From assembly GCA_002713365.1 (NCBI GenBank), contig PASR01000011.1, positions 5,527 to 69,526 of the forward strand: a DNA stretch of 64,000 nt. Reading direction: 5' to 3'. How positions within the stretch are numbered: position 1 is the stretch's first letter; each line of letters begins with the position of its first letter. This DNA is from Rhodospirillaceae bacterium. Lineage in GTDB: Bacteria; Pseudomonadota; Alphaproteobacteria; UBA6615. The position numbers and the translations under genes were made by a program. Of this stretch, positions 22,866 through 33,467 are shown piece by piece. The notes under the pieces were generated by a model. It saw only the letters and a program-made list of their open reading frames with translations. It was not told the DNA's origin and ran no database searches.

Positions 22866-22913
22866 AGTCGTTACGAGCGCTAAAGTTAACGAACCTAAAT
22901 TGGAACTGGACCA

Positions 22914-24509
22914 ATGACTGCCAAAGATATTAAGTCAGTAAATTCTGCGCCTCAATTAGAAGGTAATAATAAGAACTACGTACGTATTTTTGATACCACC
23001 TTACGTGATGGTGAGCAATCTCCTGGCTGCTCTATGAATTTAGAGGAAAAAGTGAGAGTTGCTTTAATGCTTGAAGAGATGGGTGTCGATATAATCGAGG
23101 CGGGTTTTCCTATCGCATCAAATGGTGATTTTGATTCTGTAAGAGAAGTAGCTAATGCTGTTAAAGAAAGTAGCGTTGCTGGTTTGGCTCGTGCTTCAGT
23201 AAATGACATAGATAGGGCTTGGGAAGCGTTAAAGGGAGCAGCAAGACCTCGTATACACACTTTCTTATCTACTAGCCCTTTGCACATGAGGGTGAAACTT
23301 CAGATGGATCCAGATGAAGTTCATCAGGCTATAATTGATAGTGTAACTCATGCGCGTAATCTATGCCCTGATGTAGAGTGGTCTCCTGAGGACGGCTCTC
23401 GTACGGAACATGATTTTTTATGCCGTGTTGTAGAAAGTGCTATAAGAGCTGGAGCAACTACCATTAATATTCCAGATACTGTTGGTTACGCCGTACCTGA
23501 TGAATTTGCAGATTTGATTTCTATGCTATTCAATAGAGTTCCTAATATAGATAAAGCTATAATATCTGTACACTGCCATAATGATTTAGGACTTGCGGTA
23601 GCCAATTCCTTAGCTGCTGTAAATATGGGGGCCAGACAGATTGAATGTACCATTAATGGAATAGGGGAAAGAGCTGGAAACTGCGCACTAGAAGAAGTGG
23701 TTATGGCTTTAAGAACACGACCTGATTCTATGCCATATGCTACCGGAATAGATACCACTGTTATAACTCGTGCCAGCCATTTAGTTTCAACCATTACAGG
23801 GTTTTCTGTTCAACCTAATAAAGCAATTGTTGGGGCAAATGCCTTCGCCCATGAAGCAGGAATACACCAAGATGGAGTGCTTAAAGACGCACAGACCTAT
23901 GAAATTATGACTCCTGAATCTGTCGGTTTAACCCATTCTAATCTCGTAATGGGAAAACACTCAGGTAGCCATGCTTTTCATGAAAAGTTGAAAGAATTAG
24001 GGTATGGGGACTTGGGGCAAAACGCTGTAGCAAATGCTTTTCAACGCTTTAAAGAGTTAGCAGATAAAAAGAAGGATGTTTTTGACGAGGATATCGTGGC
24101 CTTAGTTGATGATACAATACAACATGATAGTGATCGTATAAAATTTATATCATTGCAGGTTGTAGCCGGATCAAAGGGACCACAAACTGCCGAATTAGAG
24201 CTTGAGATTGATGGAAATATTATAGCTACTAAAGCAGATGGAAATGGACCAGTTGATGCAAGTTTTAAGGCTATTAAGGAGCTTTGTCCCCATATAGCTA
24301 CACTACAATTGTATCAAGTCCAAGCCGTAACTGAGGGAGCGGATGCTCAAGCCGATGTTACGGTAAGATTAGAAGAAAATGGAAAAACAGTTAACGGACA
24401 AGGCGCTGACGCTGATACTTTGGTTGCGTCGGTGCGTGCTTATTTGCACGCTCTTAACAAATTAAATATCAAAAGAGAAAAGACTGCACCAGAAGCACTT
24501 ACTGCATAG
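22914..24509 (+). CDS. leuA: 2-isopropylmalate synthase
   Basis: 531 aa with RIFDTTLRDGEQSPG N-terminus, the HCHNDLGLAVANSLAA motif and a C-terminal LeuA regulatory domain. Confidence 0.9.
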   Translation: MTAKDIKSVNSAPQLEGNNKNYVRIFDTTLRDGEQSPGCSMNLEEKVRVALMLEEMGVDIIEAGFPIASNGDFDSVREVANAVKESSVAGLARASVNDIDRAWEALKGAARPRIHTFLSTSPLHMRVKLQMDPDEVHQAIIDSVTHARNLCPDVEWSPEDGSRTEHDFLCRVVESAIRAGATTINIPDTVGYAVPDEFADLISMLFNRVPNIDKAIISVHCHNDLGLAVANSLAAVNMGARQIECTINGIGERAGNCALEEVVMALRTRPDSMPYATGIDTTVITRASHLVSTITGFSVQPNKAIVGANAFAHEAGIHQDGVLKDAQTYEIMTPESVGLTHSNLVMGKHSGSHAFHEKLKELGYGDLGQNAVANAFQRFKELADKKKDVFDEDIVALVDDTIQHDSDRIKFISLQVVAGSKGPQTAELELEIDGNIIATKADGNGPVDASFKAIKELCPHIATLQLYQVQAVTEGADAQADVTVRLEENGKTVNGQGADADTLVASVRAYLHALNKLNIKREKTAPEALTA

Positions 24510-24558
24510 GTGTAACCCCGTAACCGTGTGGTTTTTAAGCCAGTAAACGAGGCGATAA

Positions 24559-25602
<1,044 letters not shown>

Positions 25603-25640
25603 TATGCATGAACGAATCGTAATTATTTTAAGGAAGGGTT

Positions 25641-26558
25641 GTGGCTAAGCGCAGTGCCAAAGTAAGTATAGCTGGAATGGTACTTCCCGTTCGTTTGTGG
25701 ACTCAAAGATTTGCATTTTTGGGCTTAGTGTTACTATCGCTTACACTTATGCTCTTTAGCAGAGCAGAGATATCTAGCGTTAGTCAGGTTAGATTAGCTA
25801 TCGTTGATCTTGTTACTCCAGTGATATTTGTTTTTAGCAAGCCAGTTCAGGCAATGGAGGGACTCGTTTCTAATGTGGAGAGGTTGTTTTTTCTTAATCA
25901 AGAAAACCAGAATCTTCGTGAAAGTAATGCAAGATTGATACAATGGGTGGAAGAAGCGCGAAAATTAAATATTGAGAATGCTACGTTGCGTGCACAACTC
26001 GAATATGTACCTGATAAGCGCTCACAATTTGTTACTGCTCGTATTGTTGCGGATACGGGAGGTGCATTTTTTCATTCCTTATTGATAAATGCTGGTGCAC
26101 GTCAATTTGTTCGTAGAGGACAAGCGGTTGTATGGCAGGGTGCACTAATTGGACGGATAGCTGAGGTTGGCAATAGAACATCTCGAGTTCTGTTGATGAT
26201 AGATATAAATTCACATATACCTGTTATGGTTGAATCTACTAGTGATCGAGCGATCCTCGCAGGCAATAATACCTCACGACCCGTATTAGAGTTTTTACCT
26301 GATAACTCTCCTATTTCAAGAGGAGATCGAATTGTTACATCGGGTCACGGAGGAGTTTATCCCCCTGGTCTGGTAGTGGGTACTGTAGCACAGGCAACTG
26401 ATAGTACAGTTAGCGTAAAACCATTTGTAGATTGGTCTAAGTTAAATCAGGCAGTAATACTAGATTATGGACTTGATGGAATATTACCTCCGCCTGAACG
26501 AGTCCCAACTAGTGCTTTGCAGACTGAAGTATCTTCGGATTTAAAAACAAAACAATGA
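25641..26558 (+). CDS. mreC: rod shape-determining protein MreC
   Basis: Lies downstream of mreB with an N-terminal TM/coiled-coil region. GTG start preceded by AAGGAAGGG. Confidence 0.8.
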   Translation: MAKRSAKVSIAGMVLPVRLWTQRFAFLGLVLLSLTLMLFSRAEISSVSQVRLAIVDLVTPVIFVFSKPVQAMEGLVSNVERLFFLNQENQNLRESNARLIQWVEEARKLNIENATLRAQLEYVPDKRSQFVTARIVADTGGAFFHSLLINAGARQFVRRGQAVVWQGALIGRIAEVGNRTSRVLLMIDINSHIPVMVESTSDRAILAGNNTSRPVLEFLPDNSPISRGDRIVTSGHGGVYPPGLVVGTVAQATDSTVSVKPFVDWSKLNQAVILDYGLDGILPPPERVPTSALQTEVSSDLKTKQ

Positions 26559-27082
26559 ATTTTCTTTCTGATTTTGCATGGTTAATACGTTATCTTCAGA
26601 GTGCCATACCAATAGTTATAACTTTATTTTTTGTTCTTCTTGGTCAGTTACAAATGCCTTTGCAATATTTGAGTGATATAATTACTGGTTTTGCAGTTAT
26701 TTCAATTTATTATTGGGTTATGTTTAGGCCTGAACTTATGCCTATTATATTTGTTTTTTTTCTAGGTATTATCCAAGATTCATTGTCAGGCGCTCCGCTT
26801 GGACTTAACTCACTTGTTTACTTGTTTATACATGCCCTGGTCTATAATCAGCGCAGGTTTATAGTTGGAAAATCTTTCTGGTTGTTTTGGGGGGGATTCG
26901 CCATAGTTTTAGTATTGGCAGTATTTTGCACATGGTGCTTGGCGTCAATAGTGCAAGGGTCTTACCTTGCTCCAGAAGCTGCAGTTATAGGTCTTATTAT
27001 GACTATAATTATTTTTCCTGCTATCGTTTGGCTATTAGGTAATACGCAGAGAAGATTTATTGGGTCGGCAAGGTTCTACTAA
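26555..27082 (+). CDS. mreD: rod shape-determining protein MreD
   Basis: Small polytopic membrane protein that overlaps the mreC stop and precedes PBP2. Confidence 0.75.
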   Translation: MNFLSDFAWLIRYLQSAIPIVITLFFVLLGQLQMPLQYLSDIITGFAVISIYYWVMFRPELMPIIFVFFLGIIQDSLSGAPLGLNSLVYLFIHALVYNQRRFIVGKSFWLFWGGFAIVLVLAVFCTWCLASIVQGSYLAPEAAVIGLIMTIIIFPAIVWLLGNTQRRFIGSARFY

Positions 27083-28968
27083 TGCTAAATCGTGGAGAAG
27101 ATCAGTACCGTGTATTTTCTCGCAGGGCAGCAATACTGGTGGGAGGTAAAGCCGCTTTATTATCTGCTCTAATCGGGCGTATGTATTATTTGCAAGTTAT
27201 TGAAGCTGATCGTTATCAGTTAATGGCTGAAGAAAACAGAATAAATCTTCGACTTTTAACCCCTTCACGGGGACAAATTTTTGATCGTTTTGGTGTCCCG
27301 CTGGCCATTAATCAGCAGAATTATCAAGTTCTAATAAAATCAGAAAACAATCCAGATATTGAAAAAACATTAACTCATTTAGGGCGTTTAATCCCTCTAT
27401 CTGCTAATGATCGTAAGCGTATTTTAAAAGATGTTTCTCGTAAAAGGAAATTTGTGCCTGTCTTGGTGCGGGAATATTTAGAATGGGAGGATGTAGCTAG
27501 AATTGAGGTAAATGCTCCAGATCTACCGGGTATTACCATTGAGTCAGGTTCACTGCGGTTCTATCCACAAGGTGAAGCGGCTTTTCATGCCTTGGGCTAT
27601 GTTGGAGCTGTTTCACCTAAGCATAAAACAGGCGATAGATTGCTCGAACTACCAGGTTTTAAAGTTGGCCTAAGTGGTGTTGAGCAAACTTTTGACCTTG
27701 CCTTGCGCGGTAAAGCTGGTTCCAGCCAGCTTGAAGTTAATGCACTTGGCAGAGTGATTAGGGAGTTAGATAGAAAAGAAGGAAAAACGGGACAGAATAT
27801 AGTTCTTACTATTGATACTTCTCTGCAAAAACAGGCAATGAAGGCGCTGGAAGGTAAGACAGGCTCGATAGTGGTTTTGGACGTTCATACGGGAGCGACT
27901 ATGGTTCAGGCTTCTAGTCCCAGCTTTGATCCTAATAACTTCACTAATGGTATTAGTGAGAATGAGTGGAAAGAACTGTCTGAAGATGAACGCGCTCCTC
28001 TTCGTAACAAAGCGATTGCAGGAGAATATGCTCCGGGATCAACCTTTAAAATGATTGTTGCTCTGGCTGCTTTAGAGGCAGGAATAATAAATAAAAATAC
28101 ATCATTCTTTTGCTCTGGAAGTTTAACATTAGGTGATGGTAAATTTCATTGTTGGAAGAAACATGGACATGGCTTAACAAACCTAAAAAAAGGTATTGCT
28201 CAGTCATGTGATGTTTATTTCTATGAGCTTTCAAGGCGCGTCGGTATAGATAGAATAGCTATAATGGCTAAACGGTTTGGGCTAGGACAAAACTTAGACC
28301 TCGATATTCCTGGCTCTAGACCAGGTTTAATTCCCAACAAAGCATGGAAGAAGGCTGCTATCGGAAAGTCATGGGTAAGGGGGGAAACATTATTAGCAGC
28401 AATTGGACAAGGTTTTGTTTTAACTACCCCTATGCAACTTGCAACAATGGTGGCTCGCCTAGCCAATGGGGGTAAAGCCATTACTCCGTTTGTTGCACGT
28501 GATATTATTTCTAGGAATAAAATTATAAGCCGTACAGATTTGCCTGCTTCTGATATGGGTTTAAATCCTAATCACCTTAGGATGGTACTTAAATCCATGG
28601 AAGCGGTAATAAATAATCAATGGGGTACAGCCTATCGTGCAAGGATTATGGTGCCTGGTATGGGAATGGGGGGTAAAACTGGTACTTCTCAAGTACGAAG
28701 AATTACGCAGGCTGAAAGAGATTCGGGTATAATAAAAAACGAACAACTACCATGGAAACGTCGTGATCATGCTTTGTTTGTTGGTTTTGCTCCTATCGTG
28801 TCTCCCCGTTACGCTATATCAGTAGTGATTGAACATGGAGGCGGTGGTTCAAAAATCGCTGCGCCGATAGCCCGCGATATAATGGTAGATACCTTGAATA
28901 GAGATCCGGCCGGTCAGGCCCCCGGCGCTGATGTTGCTGAGTGGCAAACAGTCCCAAAAGAGGCTTAG
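27082..28968 (+). CDS. mrdA: penicillin-binding protein 2 (peptidoglycan D,D-transpeptidase)
   Basis: 628 aa carrying STFK, SCD and KTGT transpeptidase motifs. TAATG overlap with mreD. Confidence 0.9.
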   Translation: MLNRGEDQYRVFSRRAAILVGGKAALLSALIGRMYYLQVIEADRYQLMAEENRINLRLLTPSRGQIFDRFGVPLAINQQNYQVLIKSENNPDIEKTLTHLGRLIPLSANDRKRILKDVSRKRKFVPVLVREYLEWEDVARIEVNAPDLPGITIESGSLRFYPQGEAAFHALGYVGAVSPKHKTGDRLLELPGFKVGLSGVEQTFDLALRGKAGSSQLEVNALGRVIRELDRKEGKTGQNIVLTIDTSLQKQAMKALEGKTGSIVVLDVHTGATMVQASSPSFDPNNFTNGISENEWKELSEDERAPLRNKAIAGEYAPGSTFKMIVALAALEAGIINKNTSFFCSGSLTLGDGKFHCWKKHGHGLTNLKKGIAQSCDVYFYELSRRVGIDRIAIMAKRFGLGQNLDLDIPGSRPGLIPNKAWKKAAIGKSWVRGETLLAAIGQGFVLTTPMQLATMVARLANGGKAITPFVARDIISRNKIISRTDLPASDMGLNPNHLRMVLKSMEAVINNQWGTAYRARIMVPGMGMGGKTGTSQVRRITQAERDSGIIKNEQLPWKRRDHALFVGFAPIVSPRYAISVVIEHGGGGSKIAAPIARDIMVDTLNRDPAGQAPGADVAEWQTVPKEA

Positions 28969-28981
28969 AATCGTGTCACGT

Positions 28982-30124
28982 ATGACAGAATTTGGAAGCT
29001 CCGATAAGACATATATGGAAAAGATTTTTCAGCTCAATTGGCAGATAGTATTGATTATTTTTCTAATTGCAGGTGTTGGATTTTCTATGTTGTATTCAGC
29101 TGCAAGCGGAGATTTAAGTCCCTGGGCTTCCCGCCAAATGTTACGTTTTGGTATTGGCGTGATATTAATGTTAATTATATCCATAATAGATATAAGATTC
29201 TGGCTTAAAATGTCTTATGCACTTTATGGGATAAGCTTTATTTTATTAGCTACGGTCGATGTGCTTGGTTCTGTAGCCATGGGAGCGCAACGCTGGTTAG
29301 ATCTCACTTTATTCCAGTTACAACCATCAGAAATTATGAAAATTGTAATGGTTATGGCCTTAGCCAGATATTTTCATGGCCTAGAAGTAGGTGACGCCGG
29401 GAGGGTGCGCTATTTAGTAATCACTTTAATATTAATTTTAGCACCAGTTGCATTGGTATTACGACAACCGGATTTAGGAACCGCTGGAGTACTAGGTTTA
29501 ATTGGCGCTGTTATGCTTTGGTTGGCTGGTATAAGAGTATGGCAATGCCTTATTTTTAGTTTTTCTTCGATTGCGGCTATCCCCATCGGATGGCAATTTC
29601 TACATGAGTATCAAAAACAAAGGATTTTAACATTTCTCAATCCTGACTTGGATCCATTATGGTCTGGTTATAATATAATTCAATCAAAAATAGCTATGGG
29701 ATCTGGAGGGTTATTCGGTAAAGGGTTTATGGAGGGGACCCAGAGTCACCTAAATTTTTTACCAGAAAAACAAACAGACTTTATTTTTACTATGCTAGCT
29801 GAAGAGTTTGGTTTTATTGGTGGTACAACATTAATTGGACTTTATGCTCTATTAATTAGCTATTGTATTTTCATATCTTTCAGTTGTCGTAGTCAATTTG
29901 CACGCTTGTTATCTATGGGCTTGGTTGTGAACTTCTTTCTATATTTATTTATTAATATGGCAATGGTAATGGGACTTTTACCAGTGGTTGGCGTTCCTTT
30001 ACCACTTATCTCACATGGAGGTACGGCAATGCTTACTGTACTTATTGGATTTGGCTTAGTAATGAGTTCTGGTATCCATAAGGGGGTTTATATAAATCGT
30101 CGCGGTGCCTCTTTGATAATGTAG
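28982..30124 (+). CDS. rodA: peptidoglycan glycosyltransferase RodA (SEDS family)
   Basis: FtsW/RodA/SpoVE polytopic protein. The ATG at 28982 is preferred over the upstream extension that overlaps mrdA. Confidence 0.85.
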   Translation: MTEFGSSDKTYMEKIFQLNWQIVLIIFLIAGVGFSMLYSAASGDLSPWASRQMLRFGIGVILMLIISIIDIRFWLKMSYALYGISFILLATVDVLGSVAMGAQRWLDLTLFQLQPSEIMKIVMVMALARYFHGLEVGDAGRVRYLVITLILILAPVALVLRQPDLGTAGVLGLIGAVMLWLAGIRVWQCLIFSFSSIAAIPIGWQFLHEYQKQRILTFLNPDLDPLWSGYNIIQSKIAMGSGGLFGKGFMEGTQSHLNFLPEKQTDFIFTMLAEEFGFIGGTTLIGLYALLISYCIFISFSCRSQFARLLSMGLVVNFFLYLFINMAMVMGLLPVVGVPLPLISHGGTAMLTVLIGFGLVMSSGIHKGVYINRRGASLIM

Positions 30125-30184
30125 AAAGGTATAATACCTATCGACAGTCTTAAGTCTCTTTGTTATATCCGTTACTCCTAAGAT

Positions 30185-30260
30185 GGGCCGTTAGCTCAGT
30201 TGGTAGAGCGGGTGACTCTTAATCACTAGGTCGAAGGTTCGAGCCCTTCACGGCCCACCA
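30185..30260 (+). tRNA. tRNA-Lys (anticodon CTT)
   Basis: 76-nt cloverleaf: acceptor GGGCCGT/ACGGCCC, D-arm GCTC-AGTTGGTA-GAGC, anticodon stem GGTGA/TCACT with loop CTCTTAA, T-arm GAAGG-TTCGAGC-CCTTC, encoded CCA. Confidence 0.9.
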
Positions 30261-30355
30261 TTTAAGTTTTTTTATTATTTCTTAAGATCATAGTTTATTA
30301 CAGAATTTACTAAATATTGATTTAACTAAAGTAATATTTTTAGGAAAATAAATTC

Positions 30356-31054
30356 ATGTTTACCGAAACTATTAAATTAAATCTCACAGATGGACAGATG
30401 AGTGCCTACATAGCATATCCTGAAAAGTCTCCTATTGGAGCTGTTATTGCAATAATGGAGATATGGGGAGTTAATAATACTATGAAGGCTCACGCTCTTG
30501 AATTTGCTGAGGCAGGTTATATTTGTTTGGTCCCAGATCTATTCTGGAGACTTGGCCCTGATATTATTTTAGATGCAGATAATCCGAATGATTGGATGTT
30601 GTCATTAGACCGCTATTTTAATTTTGATTATGATTTAGGGGCTAAGGATATGGAAGAAACTATGGAGTACTTGCGAAAACTAGATGTTTGTAACGGTAAG
30701 GTTGGAGCAGTGGGTTATTGCCTGGGTGGAAAAATGTGCTACTTGTTATCTTGCCGAACTAATATTGATTGCGCAGTTGCTTACTATGGAACTTACATCG
30801 AACACGCAATTTCGGAAGCATCTCAACTGAGCCAACCTTTTATGTTGCATCAGGCTTTAGCAGATACTTGGGTTCCACCTGCTATATGTAAATTTATTGA
30901 AGAAAAAATTAGCTACAAGTCCAATGTAGAAATACATAAATACCCTGAAGCAGAGCATGCCTTTGCAAGGCATGGTGCAGAATCTTATTCGAAGGAAGAA
31001 GCTGATCTTGCTTTAGAACGGTCAGTTTCTTTTTTGGATATTCATCTAAAGTAA
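30356..31054 (+). CDS. dienelactone hydrolase family protein
   Basis: 232-aa alpha/beta-hydrolase with DLH-like nucleophile region GYCLGGKM and a C-terminal His. Confidence 0.75.
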   Translation: MFTETIKLNLTDGQMSAYIAYPEKSPIGAVIAIMEIWGVNNTMKAHALEFAEAGYICLVPDLFWRLGPDIILDADNPNDWMLSLDRYFNFDYDLGAKDMEETMEYLRKLDVCNGKVGAVGYCLGGKMCYLLSCRTNIDCAVAYYGTYIEHAISEASQLSQPFMLHQALADTWVPPAICKFIEEKISYKSNVEIHKYPEAEHAFARHGAESYSKEEADLALERSVSFLDIHLK

Positions 31055-31101
31055 TTTTACTTTTATCTGATTTTAGAAGACTAAACAAAGGGAGGTTGGC
31101 T

Positions 31102-31401
31102 ATGTTAGGGGGTATAGTAAATTTGTTTTGTAAATTATTTGGTTTAAAATTAGATAAAGTAGTAAATAACAAAAATGAAGCAAGTTGCCTATATAAGGGG
31201 TATACGATTTATGCTAAGCCACAAAAGGAAGGTGTTCAGTGGTTAACAGCTGGGGTAATAATTAGAACAGATAATATGGTAGTAAAAGAACATAAATTTG
31301 TTCGAGCTGACTTTCATGCTAACCGAGATACTGCAATTGAATTCTCTATATCTAAAGCACAACAAATAATTGATTTAGAAGGTGATAAAATATTTAATTA
31401 A
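31102..31401 (+). CDS. hypothetical small protein (99 aa) with hydrophobic N-terminus
   Basis: ORF with GGAGG 6 nt upstream of the ATG at 31102. No family recognised from sequence. Confidence 0.4.
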   Translation: MLGGIVNLFCKLFGLKLDKVVNNKNEASCLYKGYTIYAKPQKEGVQWLTAGVIIRTDNMVVKEHKFVRADFHANRDTAIEFSISKAQQIIDLEGDKIFN

Positions 31402-31422
31402 GTGAAGTATAAAATATATTAA

Positions 31423-32220
31423 TTATTTTTTTCGGTTAGTTTCAAGCCTAGCTAACAAAGCTTCTATGGCTTGGTCATGTTCTTCTGTATGGTGAGCTAT
31501 TGCCTGAAAGGCAGCAGACATTTCTAATAATGTATCTAACTTTACATGCGCTCCCTCACGCATGAGTTTTTTAGCCATCCTTAATGAATGCACTGGATTG
31601 GCCGCCATGCGATTGGCTAAATCAATTGCTTCATCCAACAATTTATTATCTGGTACAACTTTTGATACTAGCCCGCAATTTAGCGCTTCTATTGCCCCTA
31701 TAGTATCTCCAGTGAAAGTTAACTCAGCAGCCTTTGATTGGCCTATTAGGCGAGGTAGAAGCCAGGCTCCCCCATCACCTGGAATTATACCAAGTTTCAC
31801 AAAACTTTCTGCAAATTTTGCCTTCTCTGAAGCTATTCTAATATCACACATACAGGCTAGATCTAAGCCTGCTCCAATGGCAGCACCATTAACCGCTGCT
31901 ATAGTTGGAACATCCAAATTGTATAGGCTAAGCGGTATATTCTGGATATCATGACGGTAATTATTTCTTATTTGATAGGGGTTCCCATTCGAAAGCCCTT
32001 TGCGGTCACGCATATCTTTTACGTTACCTCCCGCACTAAATGCAGATCCGGAACCGGTTAAAATTACAACTGAAACACTTTCATCTTTTTTTATTCGCTC
32101 ACAAACATCAACAAAGGCTTGGAATTGTCCATCACCTGAAAGCGCATTGCGTTCTTCTGGGCGGTTCATAGTTAATGTAACTATTGCATCTTTTTGTTCA
32201 TATTTTATAAAGTTAGTCAT
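31423..32220 (-). CDS. enoyl-CoA hydratase/isomerase (crotonase) family protein
   Basis: 265 aa with the crotonase fold signature AAVNGAAIGAGLDLACMCDIRIAS. Confidence 0.85.
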   Translation of the reverse strand: MTNFIKYEQKDAIVTLTMNRPEERNALSGDGQFQAFVDVCERIKKDESVSVVILTGSGSAFSAGGNVKDMRDRKGLSNGNPYQIRNNYRHDIQNIPLSLYNLDVPTIAAVNGAAIGAGLDLACMCDIRIASEKAKFAESFVKLGIIPGDGGAWLLPRLIGQSKAAELTFTGDTIGAIEALNCGLVSKVVPDNKLLDEAIDLANRMAANPVHSLRMAKKLMREGAHVKLDTLLEMSAAFQAIAHHTEEHDQAIEALLARLETNRKK

Positions 32221-32321
32221 GCTTATCTCCGGAATATTTAGGATTAATTAGCACATTCTTACTATTCGTCTAAGTTATAAGTGTAGTAATTAAAATTGTA
32301 TTTATTAGAGAGAGTAACTTT

Positions 32322-33467
32322 ATGCAGGCATTTAATCTGGATTTGTGTGATTTACCACCTGGAGTGGATGTTTTACGGGAAGAAGTTCGTTCATTTCTTT
32401 TTGAAACATTAGGCTCCTACTCAAAACCTAATCGTGCTCGTTCTTGGTCAGCATTTGATGCTGACTTTAGTGGTAGGCTAGGTGATAGGGGTTGGCTAGG
32501 TATGACTTGGCCAGAACCTTATGGTAGTTCCCGCAGCGCATTAGAACGCTACATTGTTATAGAAGAGTTATTAGCATTTGGAGCACCTGTTGCAGCGCAC
32601 TGGATTGGAGAACGTCAAAGTGGCCCTTTATTACTTAGGTTTGGTAGTGATAAACAGCAAGAAAAATTGTTGCCTGGTATTGCGAGTGGTAAAAGCTTTT
32701 TTTGTATTGGCATGAGCGAGCCAAACTCAGGATCTGATTTAGCATCAATAAATACTCATGCAAAACGTGATAATGATGGATGGGTGGTTAACGGACAAAA
32801 AATATGGACTACGTATGCGCAAAAGTGCCATTACATGATTGCTCTTGTACGCACTAGTGGTTCTGTAAAAGATCGGCATGATGGTCTCTCACAACTTATA
32901 ATTAACCTACGTGATCCGGGTATTACCATTTCGCCTATTCGTAATATGATTGGTGATAAGGAATTTAACGAAGTTAAATTTGATAATGTTTTTGTTTCTG
33001 ATTCGATGTTAGTTGGTGAAGAAGGTAACGGATGGCAGCAAGTAATTGCTGAATTAGCATTTGAACGTAGTGGTCCAGATCGCTTTCTAAGCGCTTACCG
33101 ACTTATGGTTGAACTGATTCGTATGTTTCACAAAACCGAAGATAAACATGCAGAAGTTGCTATTGGTCGATTGACAGCACATCTTGTTACATTAAGACAG
33201 ATGTCACTTGCAGTTGCTGCTGTTCTTGAAACAGGTGAGCAGCCCACTATAGAAGCTACAGTAATTAAGGACCTCGGTGTAGCATTCGAACAATTAATAC
33301 CTGAAATAGCCCATGATTTAATTAATGTTGCGCCGAATATACTGCATGGAAGTGATTATGAAAAATCACTAGCATATATACAGCAAGCTTGTGTTTCTTT
33401 TTCTTTGAGGGGTGGAACAACAGAAATATTAAGGAGTGTTATTGCAAGAGGCCTAGGTTTAAGATGA
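32322..33467 (+). CDS. acyl-CoA dehydrogenase family protein (FAD-binding subunit candidate)
   Basis: ACAD N-terminal and middle domains with the CIGMSEPNSGSDLAS FAD/substrate motif and C-terminal GGTTEILRSVIARGL. Confidence 0.8.
   Translation: MQAFNLDLCDLPPGVDVLREEVRSFLFETLGSYSKPNRARSWSAFDADFSGRLGDRGWLGMTWPEPYGSSRSALERYIVIEELLAFGAPVAAHWIGERQSGPLLLRFGSDKQQEKLLPGIASGKSFFCIGMSEPNSGSDLASINTHAKRDNDGWVVNGQKIWTTYAQKCHYMIALVRTSGSVKDRHDGLSQLIINLRDPGITISPIRNMIGDKEFNEVKFDNVFVSDSMLVGEEGNGWQQVIAELAFERSGPDRFLSAYRLMVELIRMFHKTEDKHAEVAIGRLTAHLVTLRQMSLAVAAVLETGEQPTIEATVIKDLGVAFEQLIPEIAHDLINVAPNILHGSDYEKSLAYIQQACVSFSLRGGTTEILRSVIARGLGLR

Noticed and set aside
30185-30260. tRNA-Lys as attachment site of an integrated mobile element
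   Set aside because: No integrase, excisionase, phage or conjugation genes and no visible repeat of the tRNA 3' end in the downstream 34 kb. Only a shift in functional content was observed.
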